Shown here piece by piece: positions 38,243 to 51,600 of a stretch of DNA of 64,000 nt. Positions within the stretch are counted from its first letter, which is position 1, and each line of letters starts with the position of its first letter. Origin of the DNA: Macrostomum lignano (lineage: Eukaryota); assembly GCA_002269645.1 (NCBI GenBank), contig NIVC01001805.1:62001-126000 (forward strand), read 5' to 3'. The translations under genes and the position numbers were made by a program. A model generated the notes under the pieces. It did not search any database and was not told the DNA's origin. It saw only the letters and a list, made by a program, of their open reading frames with translations.

Positions 38243-38482
38243 AGATTAGCACCCATGGCCATAGGGCCTTTGGCTTTGGCATTAGTGGTCATGATGATAA
38301 TCATTTAATTTTTTTAAGATTTTAAGCTTGTAGTAGGCCTAGATACTCCCTAATACTAATAGACTAAGTAGTCAACTCTTTTTACCTAGGCCTATGCCCT
38401 ATGTGACTAGGCCCTATGTCTAGTAGAGGCCATTTCTCATGTTTAGGATTCCAAATTTTATGGCTTTATAGATATTCTTTTT

Positions 38483-38668
38483 GCTATGACTAGGGACATG
38501 GCGGCCGTGCCTCTAACTCTATGTCTAAGGACATGGCCGCCATGTCTTTAGCTATGTAGACTCGTGGCATGGCTGCCAAGTCCCTAGCTCTATGTATGGG
38601 GACACGGCGTGCCTCTACTCTCTTAGACATAGAGTTAGAGGCACGGCCGCCGTGTCCCTAGTCATGGC
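38483..38668. repeat. Foldback element with ~44-bp near-perfect inverted arms
   Basis: 38486-38529 vs reverse complement of 38622-38665, 43/44 identical; no clear TSD. Confidence 0.8.
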
Positions 38669-38919
38669 GTATTTTTTTTTAGCCTAGTCCTAAGACCTAG
38701 GCCTATTTAGGCCTATTGTTAAAATAAGCCTATGGCTATGTCATTTTATTGAGTTTACCATATTGATGTCAATGTTGATGATTGTATGGACCTATTTAAT
38801 ATTGCTAGGCCTATCTATATATATAATACATAGACCTAAATAGTTACAAGCTATTGAAACCTACAGAATTTGAATTGGGGAATTCTAATCCCTAGAACTA
38901 TTTAATAGGCCTATTTTTC

Positions 38920-39600
38920 TATTTTTCTCTCTCTCTTTCTTTTTTATCTCCCCTTTCCTAATTCCTATCTCTTTTTTTGTTATTTCTCCTCTGTTTTCTC
39001 TAGTCTCATTTCTTATCTGTTCAATCTTTTCTCTCACCTCTTATCCATTATCTTTACTATCTTTATATTATGTTCTTTTATCTCTTTCTTATATATTATT
39101 TTTCTTTCTCCTTTTTTACTCATTACTTTCTTTTCTCCTTTCTTCTTTCTCTTCTCTGACCTTTTTTTCACTCTCTCCCTTTCTTGTCTCGTCTCTTATC
39201 TCTCTACTCTTCTCTTTTTTATCTCTTATCTCTTATTCTCATCTTTATAGAAATAAAAAAGTATCTTTTTATACTTCTTTATTTCTATAACTTTAATGCT
39301 TCTTCCTTCCCTTTACTCTCTCATTTCTCCTTTTAACTCTTCTTTTCTCCCTGCTTTTCTCTTTCCTCTTATCTTTAGCTCTCTGCTCTCTTATCTATAC
39401 TCTTTATTTTTTCCTCTCTCATCTAATCTCTCTTATCTTGCTCCTCCTCTCTTCCCTCTTTCTTCTTTCTTCTTCCTATCTTATTATCCTCATCCTCTCA
39501 TCTTCTATTATCTTCAATCTTTTCTTTTATCCCCTTTCTTGCCTTTTCTCTCTTTTTGAATTATCTGTTTCTTCTTTTTTCCACTCTTATCTGCCCTTTA
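38920..39600. repeat. CT-rich low-complexity tract
   Basis: Direct observation. Confidence 0.85.
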
Positions 39601-40809
39601 ACTATTAGCTAGATTCTTTATCTGGCCTTTGGAGTAAAAATCTGCCCATCCTTGCTTAGAAAGCCAGTTTGTAGGACATAGTACTATCATAGTTGTTCTC
39701 ATACTTTGATCATATTATCTTTTTGCCAATTTGTAGCCCTGAAAGGAATTTGTATGTCTTCAACTCCACTGCCATATATATATCTAGCAACCAAAGAAAA
39801 GTGCATTTCTTAGAAGGCAATATATATTTTAAAGTACTTTAAAAAAACTTAAATTTTCCATAGTGTGACTAGGCCTAGTTCAGTAGAGTTGCATTGCCTT
39901 TTCATAAATCTTTTGCTTTTACAAAGCATGATGGATTGTGGATTGCCTAGACTTGTCCATTGTTATTGCTATCCACTATTAAACTGTTTTAGAGTTTGCC
40001 TATACAAAGGGTAATAGTTAGAATTTCTCATTAAACTGTTATGGCTAAATATAACATCTATGCAAGTGTGGGAAAGGCTTTAAATAAATTTGTTTCAAAA
40101 TGCTGTGCATTGCCATGTACAGTCAGCCCTATTGCCTAACCCCTGGTCTAGCTCTGGAGAAATGAGTGAGTTGGTGGCATAGACAACAGAAAAAGCAGAC
40201 AAACTTCACATGCTTATAGTTTCTGTTCTGATTGAGTTACAGAGTTAAAACTTTACATTTAAACAGAGAATGAGTCAATAAAAATTTTATAAAGTTTAAG
40301 TCAATTGCTTTTTGTGGAGCAAAAGTTATGGCAGCCAAAAGAGTCAATTTTACAACCCTATTTACACATTTGGGCCTAGATTAGGAAAAAGAGACAAGCA
40401 GAAGTTGGGGTGGCTACCTCTGTGACAAAAAGCAGACTAACTTAAAAAGTGCATAGTGTCATTCAGGGTTAACTTTAAGATTCAAAAGCTTATACAATTG
40501 TTTCAAAATAATTGAAGATTGTCTATGTCAAATTTAAAGAGGATTGATTGAACTGGAGTGGTACTATGGAAGATTTAATGAAAATCTCACTTTTAGAAGT
40601 TTATTGCTTTTTTGAATAGGAAGACTTGAATTTAGGGAATTTTAAGATAGCCTAAGACATTTTCCATAGTGAGTTTAGGCTAAGTACAAAGTTTGTGTAA
40701 TTTGGTTATGCAGTTCAGGAGTTCATAGTAATCAAAATTGTGCATACACAAAAATATATATACAGTGTTATATATACCTTAACTTTGCTAATTGTAAAAG
40801 CATTAGTTT

Positions 40810-41230
40810 CTGGGTTTTTTTCATCCATAACTTGGGTGCGATTTCGCACCCTGTGCTAGATTTCAGGGTGTAATTTTCAAGACCAGGATGCACTGCAATG
40901 CTGCAGACAAAAACTGGTCTAACACTAATAGTGTGTTTCAAAGTTTCTGTCCATCCAAACCATCCAATGATAATCCAAATTCCAAATGCTTAACTTAATT
41001 GTTTGATCTCTTTATAATTCTCCCCTCAGCCTTAGCTCAGTAGTTCAGCTGTCAGCTAATTCTAAGAATATGAAGTTACAGACTTAAGATGTCCATAACA
41101 CTAAATTGTGAAATCTGCATCACATCCTTGCAAAAAATTCTGGTGCACTTTTTGCACCCTAAGTCAAATTTCAGGGTGCAATTTTTAAGACCAAGATGCT
41201 ATTTGCACCTATTCGCACAAAAAAACCCAG
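40810..41230. mobile_element. 421-bp MITE, 12-bp TIR CTGGGTTTTTTT, 8-bp TSD ATTAGTTT
   Basis: TIRs 40810-40821 and 41219-41230; TSD 40802-40809 and 41231-41238; internal ~58-bp direct repeats. Confidence 0.78.
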
Positions 41231-41737
41231 ATTAGTTTTAAAACAAAATATCTTATTAATTCTTTTGGTCATTCCATGAGAGGGTCCCTACATGTTTTTG
41301 AACTTTAAGCACTTGTAACTTTTAAACCATAATAGATAGAGCAAAGCTGCAAAAAGCAATCTGTGTCAAACTTCTAGTTCTATACTAGCAATCTAGCGCC
41401 CCCCTTCGGGGGTGGCCAATAAGCAAGGGACGAATCCTTTAAAATGAAAAAAAATTCTTAGGGAGGGGGGGCTAGGAATCGAATTCTCATTTTAATTCCA
41501 GGCTTATGTACCAATAAAACATGTTTGTGCAGAATTTTATAACAGACATTGAAATTCAACCATACTTGCCTTCTTTCAGAGCTACTTCTACCAGTATGCT
41601 TCAGTACGCTACCAGTACCCTTGTAAGCCTTGACATGTCAGCAATCCCCCCCCACAAGCCTTAACATATCAACTCCCCCCTTGACATCTCAGCGATGCTC
41701 CCATAAGCCTTGAAATCTTAAAAAATCTGTCTACTTT

Positions 41738-41770
41738 CTAACCCTAACCCTAACCCTAACCCTAACCCTA
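41738..41770. repeat. Short interstitial telomeric repeat (CCCTAA)x5.5
   Basis: Direct observation; embedded in a dispersed repeat also present at ~28065-28490. Confidence 0.9.
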
Positions 41771-42689
41771 AAGCATTGAAATTTCAGTAATTCTCTCTAA
41801 GAGTCTATAGCACTACTACAGCATTATAGCGATTCCCTGCAAGCCTCGACATCGTAGGGATTCCCAAATGAATCTCTTAACTTCGACATGAAGCTTCTTT
41901 TTTTTACATTACGCTTTTTCTATCAGCGATCCCTCCCGTGAGGAGCCAACAAATAATGTAATAACTTTTTTCCAATAAACTACATGTAGCTTCTGACATT
42001 AGCCTTGACATCTCATTTAATCCCCCGTGAGCCTTGACATCTCAGCTATAGATAGATAGATAGATAGATTCCCCTCGTAAGCCTTGACATGTCAGCGATG
42101 CCCCCCATAAACCTTGAAATCTAAAAAATCCCCTGTTAACCTTGAAACGCGCTAAAATCTAACCCTCAACCCAAACCTGACGTAAACCTAACTTTCACCC
42201 AACCTAAAGCCTTGAAATCACAGCAATTCTTCTTCTCTAAGCCTTGGCATTTAAGTGATTCCTTCTTTAAGAATCACAGCACTATAACGATTCCCTCCAA
42301 GCTTTGACATTGTAGCAATTCCCAAATGAATCTTTTAACTTTGACATGACTTTTATTTTATGTATACAGTGCTCCTTTTATTTTTACATGACTCTTCTTC
42401 TATCAGCGCCCCCCCCCACCGTGGCAAGCCAACAAAGAATGCAATAAAAAAACTTAAGTAAAGTACATGTACTTTGAAGTAGCTTCTGACTTTTGCTTTA
42501 ACATCTCAGAAACCCCCCTGTAATCTCAGTTATTCTCTGTGAGCCTTGACGTCTCAGTGATTCTCCCCAGCACAGCACTATAGCTTCATTTAATTTTTAT
42601 GACACTTGTTTCATGTCTGACATGACGCTTCTTTTGATTTTTACGTTACGCTTCTTTTATTCTTCCATGATGCTTCTTAATTTTTTAAA

Positions 42690-43440
42690 TGACACACTTT
42701 CATTAGTTTTTATATGAGGCTTCTATGATTTTTTCATGATGCTTCTATGTTAACATGACGCTCCTATGCTTGTTTACATGACGCTTTTATGATTGTTTAC
42801 ATGACGCTTCTATGATTGTTTACATGACGCTTGTATGATTGTTTACATGACGCTTCTATAATTTTTTACATGACGCTTCTATGATTTTTACATGACGCTT
42901 CTATGTTAACATGACGCTTCTATGCTTGTTTACATGACGCTTTTATGATTGTTTACATGACGCTTCTATGATTGTTTACATGACGCTTGTATGATTGTTT
43001 ACATGACGCTTCTATAATTTTTTACATGACGCTTCTATGATTTTTACATGACGCTTCTATGATTTTTACATGACGCTTCTATGATTTTTTCATGACGCTT
43101 CTATGATTTTTACATGACGCTTCTATGATTTTTACATGACGCTTGTATGATTGTTTACATGACGCTTGTATGATTTTAACATGACGCTTCTATGATTGTT
43201 TGCATGACGCTTCTATGATTTTTTATGACGCTTTTATGATTTTAACATGACACTTCTATGATTTTTTTACATGACGCTTCTATGATTGTTTACATGACGC
43301 TTGTATGATTGTTTACATGACGCTTTTATGATTTTAACATGACGCTTCTATAATTGTTTACATGACGCTTCTATGATTTTTACATGACGCTTCTATGATT
43401 GTTTACATGACGCTTGTATGATTGTTTACATGACGCTTCC
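42690..43440. repeat. ~24-25-bp minisatellite (CATGACGCTTCTATGATTGTTTA)
   Basis: Direct observation. Confidence 0.9.
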
Positions 43441-43589
43441 ATAATTTTTTTTTGTCTTGGCGTTAAAAAGCTTTAATTAAAAAAACTCTACTCTCTAAAA
43501 ATTCGAACCATCGTCCCTGCATTTAGCAGTTTAGTCTGTTTACCTCTAGGCTAGCTCTCATGAATTTTAGTCATTACCCCTAAATAGAA

Positions 43590-44870
43590 AATATTCCCAA
43601 GACAGCAAGCATCCCCCCAGTAGCAAGCATCCCCTAATACTCCTAGCAAGCATCCACCCAGATAGCAAGCATCTGCAGATAGCAAGCATCTGCAGATAGC
43701 AAGCATCTTGCAGATAGCAAGCATCTTGCAGATAGCAAGCATCCTGCACATAGCAAGAATCCCTAAATAGCAAGCATCCCTGGATAGAAATAATCCTATA
43801 CATGTAGCCAAGCTTATCAAGCGCAGTAATCCTTGGCTATCGAGTGCAGTAATCCTTGGTTTATTAATAGCAATAATCCATGGCTTATCGAGTGCAGTAA
43901 TTCTTGGTTTGCCAAGTGCAGTAAGTAATCCTTGGTTTATTAATAGCAATAATCCATGGCTTATGAGTGCAGTAATCCTTGGTTTATTAATAGCAATAAT
44001 CCATGGCTTATCGAGTGCAGTAATTCTTGGTTTGCCAAGTGCAGTAAGTAATCCTTGGTTTATTAATAGCAATAATCCATGGCTTATGAGTGCAGTAATC
44101 CTTGGTTTATTAATAGCAATAATCCATGGCTTATCGAGTGCAGTAATTCTTGGTTTGCCAAGTGCAGTAAGTAATCCTTGGTTTATTAATAGCAATAATC
44201 CTTGGCTTATCGAGTGCAGTAATCCTTGGTTTATTAATAGCAATAATCCATGCCTTATCGAGTGCAGTAATCCTTGGTTTATTAATAGCAATAATCCTTG
44301 GCTTATCAAGTGCAGTAATCCTTGGTTTATTAATAGCAATAATCCTTGATTAATCAAGTGCAGTAATCCTTGGTTTGCCAAGAGCAATAGTCCTTGGTTT
44401 ATTGAGTGCAGTAATCCTTGGTTTATTAATAGCAATAATCCTTGGCTTATCGAGTGCAGTAATCCTTGGTTTGCCAAGTGCATAATCCTTGGTTTATTAA
44501 TAGCAATAATCCTTGGTTTATCGAGTGCAGTAATCCTTGGTTTATTAATAGCAATAATCCTTGGCTTATCGAGTGCAGTAATCCTTGGTTTATTAATAGC
44601 AATAATCCATGGCTTATCGAGTGCAGTAATCCTTGGTTTGCCAAGAGCAATAGTCCTTGGCTTATCGAGTGCAGTAATCCTTGGTTTGCCAAGAGCAATA
44701 GTCCTTGGTTTATTGAGTGCAGTAATCCTTGGTTTATTAATAGCAATAGTCCTTGGTTTATTGAGTGCAGTAATCCTTGGTTTATTAATAGCAATAATCC
44801 TTGGCTTATCGAGTGCAGTATTCCTTGGTTTGCCAAGAGCAATAATCCTTAGCTTATCGAGTGCAGTAAT
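43590..44870. repeat. Compound minisatellite (AGCAAGCATCC units, then ~48-bp AGTGCAGTAATCCTTGGTTTATTAATAGCAATAATCC units)
   Basis: Direct observation; first part shared with 27700-27850. Confidence 0.88.
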
Positions 44871-44939
44871 CTAAGTGTTTTTATTTAGTCCTTTAATAAA
44901 AGCTTTTAATAAAAAATTTTACACTACTACTTTTAAACT

Positions 44940-45005
44940 ACTTAGATTCGAACCCAGGTCGCTGCATTAGCAGTCTGGTCTGCTCAGCTCTAGGCTAGCT
45001 CTAGG
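44940..45005 (-). mobile_element. Degenerate tRNA-derived SINE head (second, more decayed copy at ~43495-43555)
   Basis: Minus strand TAGCCTAGAGC...GACTGCTAA...GGGTTCGAATC with A- and B-box-like motifs. Confidence 0.45.
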
Positions 45006-46745
45006 CTAGGCTAGTGGTGAATTTGTACCACTTATATAATTCAACACTCACACCAAGTCAGGTAGAGTAAAAAGTCACGCGAAGCAGTTATGACATAATC
45101 AATTTCTTAGGCAAGTCAGTACCAGTGTCTATGAAAGCTAACAATATGGTTACGTAATATAAATTCAGTACTGCACTATACTTTCACACTCAAAGCTGTG
45201 ACGCAATTCAATTGAGTGTCAAATTCAGCCAGTACACAGACGATAAATAAAGTGTATTGTGATGCAATCTATTTCAGAATCAGAATTCAACCAGTCAGTT
45301 TTTTCTCTAGCATTTTTACAGTGCGTTTCAAGTCGAAATAGCTGCTTGACCTTTGCAAAAAAGCATGTTTTTCGAATATTTAATCCCTTTAGCATCGAGC
45401 AATTTCTTAGCCACGATGCATGTACCGTCACGGAAAAATTTCTGATCGAATGGTGCAAGTTTGAACAAAATCGGTTGAGCCATTTTTGCTAAAATCGATC
45501 ACACACACATATACCGACAGACCATTTTTAGTATATGGATTTTTCGCATAGCTGTTAATGAATTCTAAAACAACTGAACATACAGTCAGAGCATAAACTA
45601 TGCTGATGGTTATTTTTTATTACCAAACAACCATATCACCAAAAGAAATATTGTAACTGACTAGGGTTTCTGTTTTTTCTAAAACTGAGTTGGCTATATT
45701 CCAATTACAATTAAGATTTCATTATCACTATATTAGATTTTTTACTAAATTAGCTAGGTGCAATAAAGAGGATTTGCTATCAATAATCAAAGAGTAGATG
45801 ACAATTGTTTTGAAAAAAGTAGACATTTAAATCAATTGCATATGTACATTCACCTTAAACCATTTTGGCTCACTAGCTAGGGTGCAAAATTCAACATATA
45901 TTTAAGTTTTTAACTTCTAACCAATAGGCAGTGGCTGCACTATAGTACATATAGACTTAGGATCTAGGCTAAAAGAGTAAGTGATAATTTGGATCCACAT
46001 TGTGGTCAGCAATAATTATTGATAGTTAATTGAATGCCATTTTCGCATTGAAAAGGTTGGAGAGATACTTTTAGAATGCTGATACAAATTATTTTTTATT
46101 TGTATACCTTGCTTTAAGCATTATAGAAACAGTTCTGTTTTACTAAATTACATTTTGTATTAATGATGATTTAAGTAGTACTAAGATATGCTAAGATAAA
46201 AGTGTTATGAATAGTAAAATAATGATTCTAAGGGAGGATGTTGAAAAGAAGGGAATTTGCTAACAACTAACTGGAATTTTATTTTGCTGTCCTCTTGTAA
46301 CTAGGGGATTTCCTATAGTAACAAACTAAATTGGGACTTTTGCCTTTTTGCCTATAGCATTTACATGGGCTATATAGCTAGTTGTCATTAGCTGCTAGCA
46401 TGTCCCAGTGTCATTTTAAAGCTAAGATATGCAAAGATTTAGCTAATATATTCTGACTCCCAAACGAGTTTAGATACTAAAAACTGATTTAGAAAGTATA
46501 TTAGTATATTTAGATTTCTTTTTATGAACAACCAACATGTCATTTTAAAGTAGTGAGTTAGATGAATTTCGTATAAACTTTATTAGCTCTAAGCCTACTT
46601 AAAGTAGTGAGTTAAATCAATTTCGTATTAACTTTATTTGCTCTAAGCCTACTTGATTCCAGCGATTTCTATCGTCAAAAATGTAAATTAGACAATTAGG
46701 TTTTCGCGCTTCCATTGTCTTTTCCCATGCTGCCTGACCTTTGAA

Positions 46746-48510
46746 ATGTCATCAGACGGCCAGGCGCAGCAGCAGCGGGGCCGCCAGATCAGTCCAGATG
46801 AAGTTGACGACTTTGATGAGCTACTAGCTGAGGCTTTAGACGACTTTGAGAATCCGAACCTGCTGACTGGGGCTATCACTAGGGACCAGCAGCAGGTATG
46901 AGGTTATCACCACCCTGTGATCCTCAGACTGGGCCATCAGCACCCCTGAGTCCTCAGACTGTGCCCCATCCCATTCATTCCCTCAATCGCAGAAGGGCGG
47001 CTCGGCACAGCAGCAGCAGGCGGGGGCGGCAGCGGCGGCGAGCTCCGAGTCTTCGGCCGGGCTGCGCGAGAACGCCTCGACTGCGGACCTGCTGAAGCCG
47101 CTGGCCGGCCTGAGTCTGGACGGGCTGAGACGCGGCGCCGGCGAAGGCTCCACAGGTGACGAAGGTGAAGAGAATGTCGACTTCGACCAGCTGATGGGCC
47201 GGCTGGAGAGCGAGTTCGGCAGCCTGGACAAAGCGGTCAAGGACCTGCTGGAGCCGTCCGAGGAGGACGAGAACGATCCCGAGGTAGTATTGCCCTGCCA
47301 ATAGGCAGCACTGTCGTAATTTAGCCTACCTTGTTACAATTTTTGTCTAGATCTATATGAGATCTATTGTATCCCCCTTCCAGCATCTGTCCTGATCCCA
47401 AAATGTACCCTTGACCTGATATTTAAACTCAGCATTAATCCCAATCCCAGTATTTATCCCAATCCCAGTATTTATCCCAATTCCAGTATTTATCCCAATC
47501 CCCAGTATTTATCCCAATTCCAGTATTTATCCCAATCCCAGTATTTATCCCAATCCCAGTATTTATCCCAATCCCAGTATTTATCCCAATCCCAGTATTT
47601 ATCCCAATCCCAGTATTTATCCCAATCCCAGTATTTATCCCAATCCCAGTATTTATCCCAATCCCAGTATTTATCCCAATCCCAGTATTTATCCCAATCC
47701 CAGTATTTATCCCAATCCCAGTATTTATCCCAATCCCCAGTATTTATCCCAATCCCCAGTATTTATCCCAATTCCAGTATTTATCCCAATCCCAGTATTT
47801 ATCCCAATCCCAGTATTTATCCCAATCCCAGTATTTATCCCAGTGTAATTAACCTGACTCTACTTACTATTTCTTAATTCCCGAAGGTGCGCACCCTAAA
47901 GGAGCAGCTGCGCAGTTTGACCTCCAAAGTTGACTCGGCCGACCCAGCGGAGCTTGGCGAAGCCTTGGCCAGCACCCTGCGCTGCCTGGACGAGTCCGTG
48001 GCCGCGCATAACCGGCACGCTGACGCCGTCCACCTGCCAAAGCCGGGCGGCGACCAGCGAGCCGCTGCCGGAGCCGCCGCAGCCGGAACCGCCGCTTCCG
48101 GAGCCTCAGCCGGGGCCGCTGCAGGTGAAGCCACAGGCAGCGGGCTTGGCGCGGCCGGAGCCAGCCAGGAGATGCTGATGCCCTTCATGGAGAACATGAT
48201 GCACACCCTGCTGTCCAAAGAGGTCATCTATCCGTCCTTGAAGGCTATCAGAGACGGCTACCCGGGCTGGCTGGAGGCCAACGGGCCGGGGCTGAGCTCT
48301 GCCGAGCTGGAGACCAATAGGCAGCGGGCGGCCATTGTAGGCCAGGTGTGCCAGCAGTACGAATCACTGGGCGACGCCAAGCCTTCGGAGGCTGAATTCG
48401 ACCGAATTCTTCGCCTAGTGCAGCGCATGCAGGAGCTCGGCCCGCCGCCTGAGGAGCTGCTTGGCGACAAAGACTTGCCGAGCGTCATGCCGCAGTGTCC
48501 GCAGATGTGA
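46746..48510 (+). CDS. PEX19: Peroxisomal biogenesis factor 19, ~354 aa; exons 46746-46895, 46993-47283, 47887-48510
   Basis: N-terminal DDFDELLAEALDDF, LLSKEVIYPSLK, YPGWLEAN, MQELGPPPEEL, C-terminal CaaX CPQM; GT-AG introns, phase 0. Confidence 0.92.
47445..47842. repeat. 18-bp minisatellite (TTTATCCCAATCCCAGTA) in PEX19 intron 2
   Basis: Direct observation. Confidence 0.93.
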
Positions 48511-48619
48511 CAGCCTGCTTGAGGGGGAGCCGTGGGATTAAAGATACAACTCAGTCATAATAGTGCAAATGAGAATGCCAGCACAAATATGCATCAGATC
48601 CAGAGACTGTAGACATGGT

Positions 48620-51600
48620 CTCCAGCTCATGATTGATAATTCTCCAACCGAGTCTCCAGCCGAGTCTTGATGGATAATTCCCCAATCGAGTCTCCAGCTC
48701 ATGATGGATAATTCCCTAACCGAGTCTCCAGCTTATCATGGATAATTCCCTGATCGAGTCTCCAGCTCATGGTGGATAATTCCCCAATCGAGTCTCCAGC
48801 TCATGGTGGATAATTCCCCAATCGAGTCTCCAGCTCATGATTGATAATTCTCCAACCGAGTCTCCAGCCGAGTCTTGATGGATAATTCCCCAATCGAGTC
48901 TCCAGCTCATGATGGATAATTCCCTAACCGAGTCTCCAGCTTATCATGGATAATTCCCTGATCGAGTCTCCAGCTCATGGTGGATAATTCCCCAATCGAG
49001 TCTCCAGTCCATGATGGATAATTCCCCAATCGAGTCTCCAGCTCATGATGGATAATTCCCTAACCGAGTCTCCAGCTTATCATGGATAATTCCCTGATCG
49101 AGTCTCCAGCTCATGGTGGATAATTCCCCAATCGAATCTCCAGTCCATGATGGATAATTCCCCAATCGAGTATCCAGTCCATGATGGATAATTCCCCAAC
49201 GGAGTCTTCGGCTCGTGATGGATAATTCCCTAACCGAGTCTCCAGCTTATCATGGATAATTCCCTGATCGAGTCTCCAGCTCATGGTGGATAATTCCCCA
49301 ATCGAGTCTCCAGTCCATGATGGATAATTCCCCAATCGAGTCTCCAGCTCATGATTGATAATTCTCCAACCGAGTCTCCAGCCGAGTCTTGATGGATAAT
49401 TCCCCAATCGAGTCTCCAGCTCATGATGGATAATTCCCTAACCGAGTCTCCAGCTCATAATGGATAATTCCCTGATCGAGTCTCCAGCTCATGGTGGATA
49501 ATTCCCCAATCGAGTCTCCAGCTCATGATTGATAATTCTCCAACCGAGTCTCCAGCCGAGTCTTGATGGATAATTCCCCAATCGAGTCTCCAGCTCATGA
49601 TGGATAATTCCCTAACCGAGTCTCCAGCTTATCATGGATAATTCCCTGATCGAGTCTCCAGCTCATGGTGGATAATTCCCCAATCGAGTCTCCAGCTTAT
49701 CATGGATAATTCCCTGATCGAGTCTCCAGCTCATGGTGGATAATTCCCCAATCGAATCTCCAGTCCATGATGGATAATTCCCCAATCGAGTATCCAGTCC
49801 ATGATGGATAATTCCCCAATCGAGTCTCCAGTCCATGATGGATAATTCCCCAATCGAGTCTCCAGCTCATGATGGATAATTCCCTAACCGAGTCTCCAGC
49901 TTATCATGGATAATTCCCTGATCGAGTCTCCAGCTCATGGTGGATAATTCCCCAATCGAGTCTCCAGCTTATCATGGATAATTCCCTGATCGAGTCTCCA
50001 GCTCATGGTGGATAATTCCCCAATCGAATCTCCAGTCCATGATGGATAATTCCCCAATCGAGTATCCAGTCCATGATGGATAATTCCCCAACGGAGTCTT
50101 CGGCTCGTGATGAATAATTCCCCAATCGAGTCTCCAGCTCATAATGAATAATTCCCCAATCGAGTATCCAGTCCATGATGAATAATTCCCCAACCGAGTC
50201 TCCAGCCGAGTCTTGATGGATAATTCCCCAATCGAGTCTCCAGCTCATGATGGATAATTCCCCAATCGAGTCTCCAGCTCATGATGGATAATTCCCTAAC
50301 CGAGTCTCCAGCTTATCATGGATAATTCCCTGATCGAGTCTCCAGCTCATGGTGGATAATTCCCCAATCGAGTCTCCAGCTTATCATGGATAATTCCCTG
50401 ATCGAGTCTCCAGCTCATGGTGGATAATTCCCCAATCGAATCTCCAGTCCATGATGGATAATTCCCCAATCGAGTATCCAGTCCATGATGGATAATTCCC
50501 CAACGGAGTCTTCGGCTCGTGATGAATAATTCCCCAATCGAGTCTCCAGCTCATGATGGATAATTCCCTAACCGAGTCTCCAGCTTATCATGGATAATTC
50601 CCTGATCGAGTCTCCAGCTCATGATGGATAATTCCCTAACCGAGTCTCCAGCTTATCATGGATAATTCCCTGATCGAGTCTCCAGCTCATGGTGGATAAT
50701 TCCCCAATCGAATCTCCAGTCCATGATGGATAATTCCCCAATCGAGTATCCAGTCCATGATGGATAATTCCCCAACGGAGTCTTCGGCTCGTGATGGATA
50801 ATTCCCTAACCGAGTCTCCAGCTTATCATGGATAATTCCCTGATCGAGTCTCCAGCTCATGGTGGATAATTCCCCAATCGAGTCTCCAGTCCATGATGGA
50901 TAATTCCCCAATCGAGTCTCCAGCTCATGATTGATAATTCTCCAACCGAGTCTCCAGCCGAGTCTTGATGGATAATTCCCCAATCGAGTCTCCAGCTCAT
51001 GATGGATAATTCCCTAACCGAGTCTCCAGCTCATAATGGATAATTCCCTGATCGAGTCTCCAGCTCATGGTGGATAATTCCCCAATCGAGTCTCCAGCTC
51101 ATGATTGATAATTCTCCAACCGAGTCTCCAGCCGAGTCTTGATGGATAATTCCCCAATCGAGTCTCCAGCTCATGATGGATAATTCCCTAACCGAGTCTC
51201 CAGCTTATCATGGATAATTCCCTGATCGAGTCTCCAGCTCATGGTGGATAATTCCCCAATCGAGTCTCCAGCTTATCATGGATAATTCCCTGATCGAGTC
51301 TCCAGCTCATGGTGGATAATTCCCCAATCGAATCTCCAGTCCATGATGGATAATTCCCCAATCGAGTATCCAGTCCATGATGGATAATTCCCCAATCGAG
51401 TCTCCAGTCCATGATGGATAATTCCCCAATCGAGTCTCCAGCTCATGATGGATAATTCCCTAACCGAGTCTCCAGCTTATCATGGATAATTCCCTGATCG
51501 AGTCTCCAGCTCATGGTGGATAATTCCCCAATCGAGTCTCCAGCTTATCATGGATAATTCCCTGATCGAGTCTCCAGCTCATGGTGGATAATTCCCCAAT

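Noticed and set aside
43551-44874. 310-aa and related ORFs (QGLLLLIN repeats)
   Set aside because: 48-bp frame-preserving minisatellite in AT-rich repeat DNA; no splice or domain support
45230-45530. Helentron/HINE-like element (CAAGTTTGAACAAAATCGG plus CA/CAGA microsatellite)
   Set aside because: Motif resemblance only; termini and hairpins could not be defined
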